A stretch of 64,000 bases of DNA from assembly GCF_006345805.1 (NCBI RefSeq), contig NC_042998.1, positions 148,614,001-148,678,000 on the forward strand. The letters are read 5' to 3'. Shown here in pieces: positions 40,901 to 52,045 of the stretch (the stretch's first letter is position 1; each line of letters opens with the position of its first letter). Below the pieces are notes generated by a model that was not told the origin of the DNA, ran no database searches, and worked only from the letters and a program-made list of their open reading frames with translations. Source of the stretch: Octopus sinensis (lineage: Eukaryota). The position numbers and the translations under genes are program-made.

Positions 40901-41387
40901 ATCATGGCGAAATATATATATATATAAACATATATATTTCAAAAAACGCACGTAATCACACATACACATACTGATAGAGGCCTACAAGGCAATACCATTT
41001 AGCTAGACATACACGTGTTTGCATGTATATAGGTTGGCACATGCGCACTAATACATTCTTTGTTAGCTGCATGAAGAGGAAAAATAATATAAACAGAAGA
41101 CAATTGAAGATAAAGGTCGGAAAGCTGTAGAAGAGCTAATAAAGAATTGAAGAAGGGAAGGAAAACAAGTTTTTTTAAGCGCTGAACTAATCTAGAAAGA
41201 TAATCAAACGTTGAATATATAAAATACCTTTTATGGACTTTTCTTCTTTGTTTTGAAAATCAATTTTTTATAAAAAAAACAAGTGTGAGAGTGAAAGGTA
41301 CTTTACTGTTGATTGGAGATTGTATGGTGATACAAGTTTTATACACACACACACACACACACATACATACATACATACATACATACA

Positions 41388-41418
<31 letters not shown>

Positions 41419-41895
41419 GAGCTTCGGAGTTCATCTGACTCCAATTTCTATTAAAGCCGTTACTTTCTAGTACAATAACGTTTTTAAACTTGCCTGAACG
41501 GCTCGTTCTTTGGGCTGCCACTAATATTATTATTTATTATTAATAATAATATCCTTATATATATATATATGTGTGTGTGTAACCCAAAAAGACGGAGAAA
41601 AAGCACAAGGAAAAAAGAACGCAAGGTCGTGGTACATGAAAAATATTAATAAGATTCTCAGGGAAGGAAAGAAAGAGTGCTTGTTTTACATTTCGAGCAA
41701 AGAACTTCTTCAGAAACAGAGGACGGAAGAAAGTCCAAAAGAAAAGGATGTCGGAGGAAAAAAATCGCCAACAATTCACGTTGCTACATATATATACATG
41801 TATATCTATATATATGTGTGTGTATATAGGTAAAATATACATGTATACATATATATTCATACACATTATATTAGTATATATATATATTATATATA

Positions 41896-41929
<34 letters not shown>

Positions 41930-42039
41930 CCTTAAATCCTTAAAATTGTTTTAGCCCGGTACTCTTTTACACACACGCACACCTTCATTTTGGGGTCACT
42001 TTTACTTTGTTATCTCCCCTACTTCTTCGTTCTCCTGTG

Positions 42040-42250
42040 TGACCCTTCTGACCGGCAGTCGCCATGACAGATCGGTAGCCACTACACACATTTTTTTCTC
42101 TCCTTGGTTCTTTTTTGTGTTCCTTCCTGTGGAAGAGTGTAGGCTCGAAACGTAAAAGACTTTTTCAATTCCCGAGCGTTATACTAATACATCTGTTTGT
42201 TTTCTACACCACCAGTCTTCGTCTTTTGTTTTTTCGTGAATTCTCGCTAC
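42040..42250 (+). mobile_element. PLE-derived repeat with a hammerhead-like motif (42121-42161)
   Basis: CCTTC CTGTGGAA GAGT GTAG GCTC GAAA CG TA AAAG. Third copy, in the opposite orientation. Confidence 0.65.
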
Positions 42251-42282
42251 ATATATATATACACACACACTGATATATACAT

Positions 42283-42420
42283 ATTCTGTTGTGTCTGGGG
42301 AGAGACATTTTCTGTTTGTGCCGTATAATGTAACACACTCACCGGTAAAATTTTCCACCTATTTATTATTTTTATTTCCTAAAATTTTCGTTGCGTCTTG
42401 CAATCTGTTCAATAGTGTTA
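42283..42420 (+). mobile_element. Copy of PLE-like repeat family D
   Basis: GTGTCTGGGGAGAGACATTTTC..CACTCACCGGTAAAATTTTCCAC..TTTTCGTTGCGTCTTGCAATCTGTTCAATAG. Confidence 0.75.
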
Positions 42421-42504
42421 TTGGAACACACGAACTCACATAAATAATCTTGCAAATCCAAAAACGATATACATACATATATGTATCTATTACACACACA
42501 TAGT

Positions 42505-42775
42505 GACGAGGCATGACTCAGTGGTTTAAGCATCGGGCTCACAATCATGAAGTAATGAATTCGATTCTCTGACAAGGTTGTGTGTTGTGTTCTTGAGCAA
42601 GACACTTTATTTCACGTTGCTCCAGTTCACAAGCTGTATCGGCCGTTGCCTTTCCCTTTGATAATATCGGTGGTGTGGAGAGGGGAGGCTGGTATGCATG
42701 GGCAACTGCTGATCTTCCATAAACAACCTTAGCCGATCTTGGGTCTCGGCGGGGATCTTTGCCCTTTACCCTCTT
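42505..42775 (+). mobile_element. tRNA-derived SINE, family F; degenerate relative at about 61618-61790
   Basis: Head GAGGCATGACTCAGTGGTTTAAGC..GAATTCGATTCTC, then GTGTTCTTGAGCAAGACACTTTATTTCACGTTGCTCCAG. Confidence 0.7.
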
Positions 42776-43646
42776 ACACATGCACACATACACACACACA
42801 CATGGATATAAATCATCAAATTTTCTATATTAGTTACATATGGATATAAAAAGGAAGGTGTGTGAATTTTGAAGTATAGAGTGTCTGTAGTTAAGTATCT
42901 AACAATATATTATTGATAGAACATAAATAAATGAAAATAAATAAAATGATTAAGTAATTAGATAAATAATGCACACGCAAACACACATATGTTTGATATT
43001 CATATTAATTAGATATGTCGCGTCATTCCTTAATCCCCGTCAGAAATACTTCCTTGGAGCTAGATCTATCGTAAATTTACTCTCCCATGTCACACAGCAT
43101 TGGTCTCTCATGCTGTATTTGTACTTTGCATCAAGAAATACAACAACTGCCATTTATCTTTAATGTACTTTATCGTAGCTATGACTGGAGTCCTAACAGT
43201 TTATGCTGATTTTTCGTGTATTTAACTCATATGTAGTCTCAACTGTCGTAAATGACAGATGAGAGTTCTGCAAGTTCTTGCTGAACAAACTTGCATTGAT
43301 GGTTTGTTTATGGTGATGAAATGTATGCGCTGTACATCATCTTACTCCCTTCATCAAATCAACACTGCTTGTACAGATGCACGATTTTTCACATCAAATG
43401 TTGAAGTGACTACAGAGCAACGCGAGATGAAATGTTTTGTATAAGAACGCAACAACGAGGCCTGACTCAGAATCGAAAATACGATCTCGAAAATCTTGAG
43501 TGCAACACCCCAATTATTCGGTTACACACCCTCGAAGGAAAGTAATCTCCGCCATTTTGACAGTGGATGAATGAAAATGTAGGACGTGTTTATTGTTATC
43601 TTACGTAATGTATATATAATCAATAAAATGCTTTGCTACAGAAATA

Positions 43647-44200
43647 CGTGGTCTGATCAATAAGTATCCGGACTGTTTACTCATAGGAACAAAGCTAAAG
43701 CACGCAGAGTGAAGCCGCGAGGCACGGATTTACCATGAACTCTACTGTGCATGGGCACTAAATTTTAACGTTCTAGCTTACTTCTCCTGTTTACAGCAGT
43801 GCTTGGAAGGAAGGTGTGTTGCGTATGATCGTCGCTTTGACCATGGTACTGAAAGTTGTTACGGCGATACCTGCTCAGAGGCTTGCGCAAAGTTGCAGAA
43901 AGTGTATGGAGAGGTGTGTATGAGTCGCACACAAGTGTGCAAGTGGTTCAGACGTTTCCAAGATGGCCGAAAAAAATGTCGATAGTGACGAACATTCTGG
44001 GAGACCTGCAACCAGCAGAACTGAAAACATCGCAGATGGGCGCACGGCTATGAGGGGAAATCATCGACTCACCATCCGTGAGTTACAGAGGACGTACAGA
44101 TTATTTACGGTGCAGTTCAGTCCATTATCACTGAAGATTTGGGTATGAGACGCGTGACTGCCAAGTTTGAGCCAAAAACTGCTTTCAGCTGACCAAAGAG
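43647..44200 (+). mobile_element. 5' half of a mariner transposon with a decayed transposase N-terminus
   Basis: TA-preceded TIR CGTGGTCTGATCAATAAGTATCCGGACT. Peptides KLQKVYGEVCMSRTQVCKWFRRFQDGR, SDEHSGRPATSRTEN, HRLTIREL and EDLGMRRVTAKF. Confidence 0.85.
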
Positions 44201-44218
44201 ACACTCGGGGTTTTGATG

Positions 44219-44345
44219 TACCTTCCAGCCTTCTTCAGATAAAATGAGAACCCAGGTTCGAAGAAGGCTGAAGGGTATATCAGCTGAAACATTGTGTTAA
44301 CAAAAAACAAGATGAGGACAAATATCCGGCGAATGTAAATAATGT
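44219..44345. mobile_element. PLE-type terminal repeat fragment: inverted partial copies with a hammerhead-like motif (44258-44293)
   Basis: TACCTTCCAGCCTTCTTCAG pairs with TCGAAGAAGGCTGAAGGGTA. Stem II GGCTGA/TCAGCT is followed by GAAAC. Confidence 0.55.
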
Positions 44346-44520
44346 AAATAATTACTATATTTACTCTACATTGTGTCGGTTCAGCTCTATGCAATTCCAA
44401 AAAACTGGTACCACCAGTTGGCCTCATCAGGCTGTAGCTGGCATAATAAAACAAAAACATTTATATACATATTCAAAACGTTGCCCGTAGAAGAAATTAA
44501 ATGCTATATATATATATATG

Positions 44521-44673
44521 ACAAGCTTCTTTCAGTTTCTGTCTACCAAATCCACTCTGAAGGATTTGGTCGTCCCGAGACTATAGCAGAAGACACTTGC
44601 CCCAAGTGTCAGGTAGTGGGACTGAACCTGGAACCATATGGTTGGGAAGCAAGCTTCTTACTACACAACCACG
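44521..44673 (-). mobile_element. 5' part of SINE family E
   Basis: Reverse complement of GTTGTGTAGTAAGAAGCTTGCTTCCCAACCATATGGTTCCAGGTTCAGTCCCAC. Confidence 0.8.
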
Positions 44674-45661
44674 CTGGCCCCTATGACGGTCTGGATTATT
44701 TTGTGCTTAAGTTATTAGTTAAATTTATTCGTGGAGCAGTGAATGTTGTCTTCTTTTTACATTCCAGTTTGTAGACAACGAGCAGTACAAAGACACCACT
44801 TTGTATGTCTCATTAAACTTTTAAGACTGATGTAGTCTCGTGGTTCAGCTTGATTTTTCTACAATTTCTGCTTGTCGAGAAAATGAGGTCAGGGTATACG
44901 TTCCAGAAAGTGCTCCTTGGGGGTGGGAAAAAGTTGTAGGCAAAGTACTTAGGACGGTATTTGGTACATACGCCTTAATAGAAGCGAAGAAAGAAAGGGA
45001 GATGGGTGAAAGTGGTGACATGGGCGTTACACACTTTATATTTTTACAGTAATTGTAACGACAGTAATGGTGGTTATAGGGATAGAGATACGATGTAGAA
45101 TATTGGTGTGCAATGGGTGCAATTCATTAGTGAGGTTTGAAAATCAGCCATTTCGTTGTGTACTTTGAAAATCAGCCATTTCGTTGTGTGAAGAGCAGCT
45201 GCTCTGTTGAAGATATGTGTGCGGTAATTTAGTGCAGCGTTTGTTAAAAATATCAACGCTGCTAGATTCATGCCTCAATTTTATTAAAAAATGTCTTTGC
45301 TTTTATTTCGGTAGTGTAATATCTCGACTACCATCAGCTTTCTCTTGATACCTCACTCAGTCTTTGTACATGCAAGCAGCTATCTATTTTAGACAGATGT
45401 ATTTGAAGGCTTATAGAGATAGATAAATAGATAGATGGCTACATTGATGATTAGACAGATGTGTATGTGTATATACGTACACAAATACGCACACACATGC
45501 TCTCACACATACACGCATATATGCAGAGAGATAAATAGATAGATGTCTAGTTCGATAGATAAGAAGAGGACTGGCTGAATATACATACATTCACAAATAT
45601 ATATATATATATGTATATAATGTAGGTGTGTATGTATCGCTCTTTCTTACACTCACTTTCG

Positions 45662-45729
<68 letters not shown>

Positions 45730-45814
45730 CTTACTTGGAAGAGGATGCGTGGCGTTCAATCATATAATAATATAAATAATATATATATATATAATATATA
45801 ATAATAATAATAAT

Positions 45815-45901
<87 letters not shown>

Positions 45902-45994
45902 TATAATATAATAATAAGAGTAAATAATTTCTTTAATGATAGAAATATTAAAATTACTAAGTCTCTATAAAAGAGATTACGGCAGCGTTTACTG

Positions 45995-46511
45995 GAAATT
46001 AATTGTTATCGCCATATTAATATGGCATTCTTATAGATATAAGAATAATCGCTGCCGCTGGTCAGCTCCATGAGGCCACCGCCTTAAGATAGCTATTGAT
46101 ACACGATCTGTATCCATTATAACCTTCGAACAAGGGAGGTCAGCCGCTTCACACTGCCAGTCCGACAACACTTTTATAGAGACTTAGTAATTTTAATATT
46201 TCTATTATTGAAAACAAGTGGATGTATTCCACTGAAACTAGGTAAATATAAACCTTCGAACAGAGACGTCAGTGGCGACACCTGCGGTCTGAATGCGCTA
46301 CATTGACAAGGGGCAATACCCCGAAACGCGTCTGTAGCTGTCGGACTGGCAGTGTGAAGCGGCTGACCTCCCTTGTTCGAAGGTTATAATGGATACAGAT
46401 CGTGTATCAATAGCTATCTTAAGGCGGTGGCCTCATGGAGCTGACCAGCGGCAGCGATTATTCTTATATCTATAAGAATGCCATATTAATATGGCGATAA
46501 CAATTAATTTC
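45995..46511. repeat. Perfect 173-bp inverted repeat (45995-46167 / 46339-46511) with a 171-bp spacer, PLE-type inverted terminal structure
   Basis: Base-by-base comparison found no mismatches. A second inverted pair (45932-45973 / 46171-46212) overlaps it. Confidence 0.92.
46297..46338 (+). ncRNA. Minimal type I hammerhead ribozyme, Penelope-type, U3-A8 core variant
   Basis: Stem I GCTACA/TGTAGC, core TTGACAA, stem II GGGG-CAATA-CCCC, GAAA, palindromic stem III ACGCGT, and cleavage triplet GUC after 46332. Confidence 0.8.
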
Positions 46512-46634
46512 TTTAATGGTTTTTAAAAAAAAAACAACAATTATTTACTGGTAGAATTCGGTATGTAAATATAACCAATTAACGGTAGGAACTTCTGTAT
46601 AGTTCAGTATATATATATTGTATATAAATAAAAG

Positions 46635-46851
46635 GGGCAGGCAACAGGTTGCTTGGCCGCATACCGAAAAGTTAGAAATAGCAGTCAAGACTGTTTATTT
46701 CTATTTTCTACAGATGGGACTGCACATACGACATATTCCTGTAATTCACATATGTCGTAGGTGGAGTCCCATTTGTAGAAACTAGAAATAAACAGTCTTG
46801 ACTGCTATTTCTAATTTTTCGGTATGCGGCGAAGCAACTTGTTGCCTGCCC
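46635..46851. repeat. Fold-back element: 102-bp arms with 7 mismatches and a 13-nt loop
   Basis: GGGCAGGCAACAGGTTGCTT...CGACATAT pairs with ATATGTCG...AAGCAACTTGTTGCCTGCCC, in TA-rich flanks. Confidence 0.85.
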
Positions 46852-46853
46852 AT

Positions 46854-46923
<70 letters not shown>

Positions 46924-48469
46924 AAAAAAGCAACAAGAATGGATTAAAATCTCGGTACGATCGTTTCGTACGAGGACATCTTTAATAAGCTACAAAAAAT
47001 GCAGTGAATACAGATGGCTCGTACTCGTCAGCCGAAAAAATATCAGAGAATTCCCAAACATCAAAAGGGTAGATACAAAAGAGGTTGTAAGATTAACTGC
47101 ATTGAAGAAAGTTCGATTCATGGAGATCCGATGAAAGGTTTTAAACCTATAGAATTTATGCATGTCTACATATAGCTCATATTGAATATTTGATCAAGTT
47201 GTATGAAGAAATTTTCGGATACAGTCATGCAAAATTTCTGAAAATTCGAGTAAGAGGCAAAGTGACTGCCACATCATGTAGAGGAAAGTCTGAGTAAAAA
47301 ACTGCAGAGAAAGCTTATAAACTTATATGTAAATGGAGTTAAACGCACATGTTATTTAAATATTTTTACTTCCGACATATGTTTCGAAGAAAACATTGGT
47401 ATTATTCCAGATGGAATAAAATGGTGTAAAACAATGCAATCTTCTCATCAAGGAAAGAAAGAAACCAAACACATCAAAATGACATTTTAACAGAATGCAA
47501 TTACTGGAACGCTAGCAAGTTATTTAAAAAAAAATCGTTTGTAGATATAGCGTCGAGGTAGTTTATAGAAAGAGAAGGAGGAGAAAGAAAGAAATTAGCA
47601 GAAAACTAATAGCGGAGAGATAGAGAGTGAATTAGAATAAAGCTTAAAGGCTTGGAAGTAGATATATTTAGTGGAAGTGAAATGTAAGAAGACAGTCAAA
47701 GGTCGAATTTTAAAGAATGGTAGAAATCACTTATAGGAACTAAAGGCATGTTTCTGCCAATGTTTGCAACGATAAACGCGCTCTATAAACTTGTTTATAA
47801 GAGTAGAGAACAGGATAAAGCACATCTCACTGGTAGCAAGCGGACAAAAAATTCCCCATTATCATATGGAAAAGATACAGAGAGAATATTCCATTCCAGA
47901 TCAAATTGTTGTTTATGATCCTTTATGAACTAGATTAATTTACTAAGCCTAGCATTATTACGTTTATTGGTATGTCAAAATGTAGAGTAATGATTAGATA
48001 TTCTTTTGGACAAATGAGATGAAGAACTACCTATATAGAAAAAGACGTCAGAACCGGAAGAAATTTTACAGTGATAAATAGAGTGTCTAGTCTTAGAATT
48101 ACTGCTAAGAAAACGAATGCATTAATTGCTCTACATTTAGACATATCAATAAACGTAACAATACTGGGCTTAGTAAATTAATTTGGTATCTAAAGGAACA
48201 TAATAAACAATTTGATTTGGAATGGAATATTCTCTCTGTATCTTTTAGCTCCATTTATTTATTTATCTATATATTCAAAAACATTCCACCAAAACTTGGA
48301 GTTTCTACCTTTATAAGTAGTCTGTTACATCTTTGGTACTTTTGTGAACTTTTGCTACCCTGATACCTATTTATTTTTTTCCGTGTTATTTGTGAACACT
48401 GAAAAACACACATACATTTATTGTGTGTATATATATATATACACGCACACACACACTCACACACACACA

Positions 48470-48522
<53 letters not shown>

Positions 48523-49163
48523 TTATATAAAAGGTAAGAAGATTAAACTGAAAAATAGATATAGCCAAGTACATATACATTGCTTTACAAATTTACATTA
48601 CATAACTTGCATATTATCACTATATCCATACATAGATGTATTGAGATTTTACCATAGATATTGAACAAAAAAGATTTACAATATATGTAAGAAAATAGTA
48701 ATATATATCTTTATTTCTGTGGTTTAAGTTTTAAATACGAAATTGTTAGGGGCTTCGATGTGGAGTTATTGCGCGAAACTTGCGACATTTCAACTTTCAG
48801 AGTAATAGCTGATATTTTGTTTTATGTCAATCATAGATGTATATCAAAAAGTAGTTCTCTTCCAGTCCAGTTCATAACGTCGATACATGTGTGTTTATTT
48901 TTACATGCATTCATTTTATGTAAATAGTATTCTTCTATCCAATGTAAATAAAAAAAAAACTGGCATATATTGTATACACCGTCATTGATTTTCAGTTCGT
49001 TCTGTAAGCATAATATATACACAAACAGCCACACACACACACACATGCACACACACATACATTCAAGCAAGTATATATACATTTGAATACTGACATGCGT
49101 ATGTGTGTATACACACACCTGCATCCACACACACACATATGTATGTGTGTGTGTGTTTCTCTG

Positions 49164-49205
<42 letters not shown>

Positions 49206-49298
49206 GTGTGTGTGTGTGTGTGCCAAGGCGGTGCCTCAGCATGGCTGCAGTCTAATGACTGAAACAAGTGAAATATAAATGAGAAAAGATATAAAAGT

Positions 49299-49331
<33 letters not shown>

Positions 49332-49332
49332 G

Positions 49333-49408
<76 letters not shown>

Positions 49409-49730
49409 CTACTTCTCAGTCTTGTTTGCGAGTGATGGCTAAGCTGCTGAAATATGTGCATATACAGCCAAATAGACGTATATGTGTATGCGTTTAATGA
49501 TGATACTATTTTTGCTTGTATATATCTGCATATGCCTATATATTTCACTTAACCTCACTTCCATCGCTCAATGTATCTACATATTTCTCACTACTTTTAT
49601 ATCAGACTCAATCCGTATCTATCTGTCAGTCTGTTTGTCTGTCTATCTATATGCCTCAATATTTATTTATCTATACACCCATTTGTCAAACTATATGTGT
49701 ATGTATATATATATATATATATTATATATA

Positions 49731-49776
<46 letters not shown>

Positions 49777-49778
49777 TA

Positions 49779-49809
<31 letters not shown>

Positions 49810-50133
49810 ATATCTATCTATCTATCCATCTATCTATCTATCTATCTATCTCCATATATTTATCTGTGTATCTTTTTATCTATGACAACCAATCATGTAC
49901 CTCTTTTGCTCTCCTCTACTCTCCAGGGATCCAACAGTGCATGGAGAAATTGCAAAATGGCTCTCTGTGTATTTCACTACATCTAAGCTAACGTATGCAT
50001 CTTTCAGTATGCATGATGCATTACATAAAATGGCATGTGCAGTAATCTCCGCACGTGCTCATTCAGTTGTAACACAGATATGGCGGTATGCATATCTGCA
50101 TGGATGCGCAACTCGCTCAAATCTTTTTTTTTC

Positions 50134-50200
<67 letters not shown>

Positions 50201-50384
50201 TACATACATGCATAAATGCATACATACATACATACATACATACATACATACATACATACACACATGTGCACAACTTTTGCCTGTAGGATTATAAACATAC
50301 ATGAAGGATTGCTACTGCAGATTTGTTGTCGTACTTAATGTTGTAGTTGCTTTATTATTGTTGTTGTTGTTATTATTATTATTA

Positions 50385-50445
<61 letters not shown>

Positions 50446-50764
50446 CATTACTATTATTATTATTATTATTATTATTATTGTTATTGCTGATGCTGTTGCT
50501 ATTAGTAATGGTGTTGTTTTTATTGTTGCCGTTGCTGTTATGTATACACGAATGCACATACACACACACAAACACACACATACAGACACACACACCTATA
50601 TACATACACACATATATTTGTACATTACATGTGTATGTAATGTGCGTATTTGAATGCGTGTACGTGTGCACGTGTAAGTAAGGGGAACATATCTATATAT
50701 GCACTGGCACAGACACCTTTCCTTATACATACATACATACATAAACACACACAGACACATACAC

Positions 50765-50803
<39 letters not shown>

Positions 50804-50860
50804 CTTTCTGCAAATATAAACAACTAAGCACATGCATGTACATCCATAGATGTTTGTGTA

Positions 50861-50928
<68 letters not shown>

Positions 50929-50951
50929 GCATGTGCTGTGTACCTACGCTT

Positions 50952-51058
<107 letters not shown>

Positions 51059-51373
51059 ATATACATGTATATATTCACATATCGTTCTGCGTATATGTAT
51101 GTATGGACATGTAGTATGCCTAACTACAGTTATAAAAGGTATAAAGAAGTATACAGATACGTTTTCTATAATGAAATATATTTAGAAATATGCTACATAC
51201 ATATGCATGAACAAGCATACATACTCGTGTACCTGTATGCAAACACAGACACACATACTCACACACGAACATACACAACACTCACACACGAACATGCACA
51301 CACTCACACACGAACATACACACACTCACACACGAACATACACACACTCAATCACACACAAATATCTTTACGT

Positions 51374-51413
<40 letters not shown>

Positions 51414-52045
51414 AATGAAAACAGAAGTCGCTGCAAATAAATATTTCCTGCAAAATTGTTTTCGTCAATGGAATTCAATAGTAACCTACCAGAAGACCAA
51501 AAAATCTGATGAAAAGTTAGTCTGACATTTTGGTTCCTTGTACATAGTATCTGTAATCTCTCAGTCTCAACATAATGCGACCCCCTCAAATCACTCTGAT
51601 CTGCATATCAGTTGTGTTCCATATTGAAAATAAGAAAAGAGCAGAATATTGAGCAGAGTTGACATCGAAACGTAGAACTACCAATGTGGAAGGCAGCAAC
51701 CCAGCTGCTGTTAGATAATGCAAACTAAACAGCTAAGATACTAAAAAGCGGTGAATGCCACTCCAAAGTCAGTCATAAAGAAACAAATTTATTGAAGAAA
51801 AATTTTGTGGATATTAAAATAAATTATAGCTGTCGAGGAGTAAGGACTCAGCTAACCTTAATAGTTATTACATAGAAAGTACATTCTCTCGAACTATGCA
51901 ATTTTGTATTATTATTTTAAGTTCTTTGTCCTGTCACTAATATATTGTATATTATTCCAGGGTGAGAGCTGTCTTTTAAGTATCTTAATATGCTGGCTGT
52001 GACTCATGGACGGAAACGTGAAACGAGAAACCGAAGCGCTAATAA

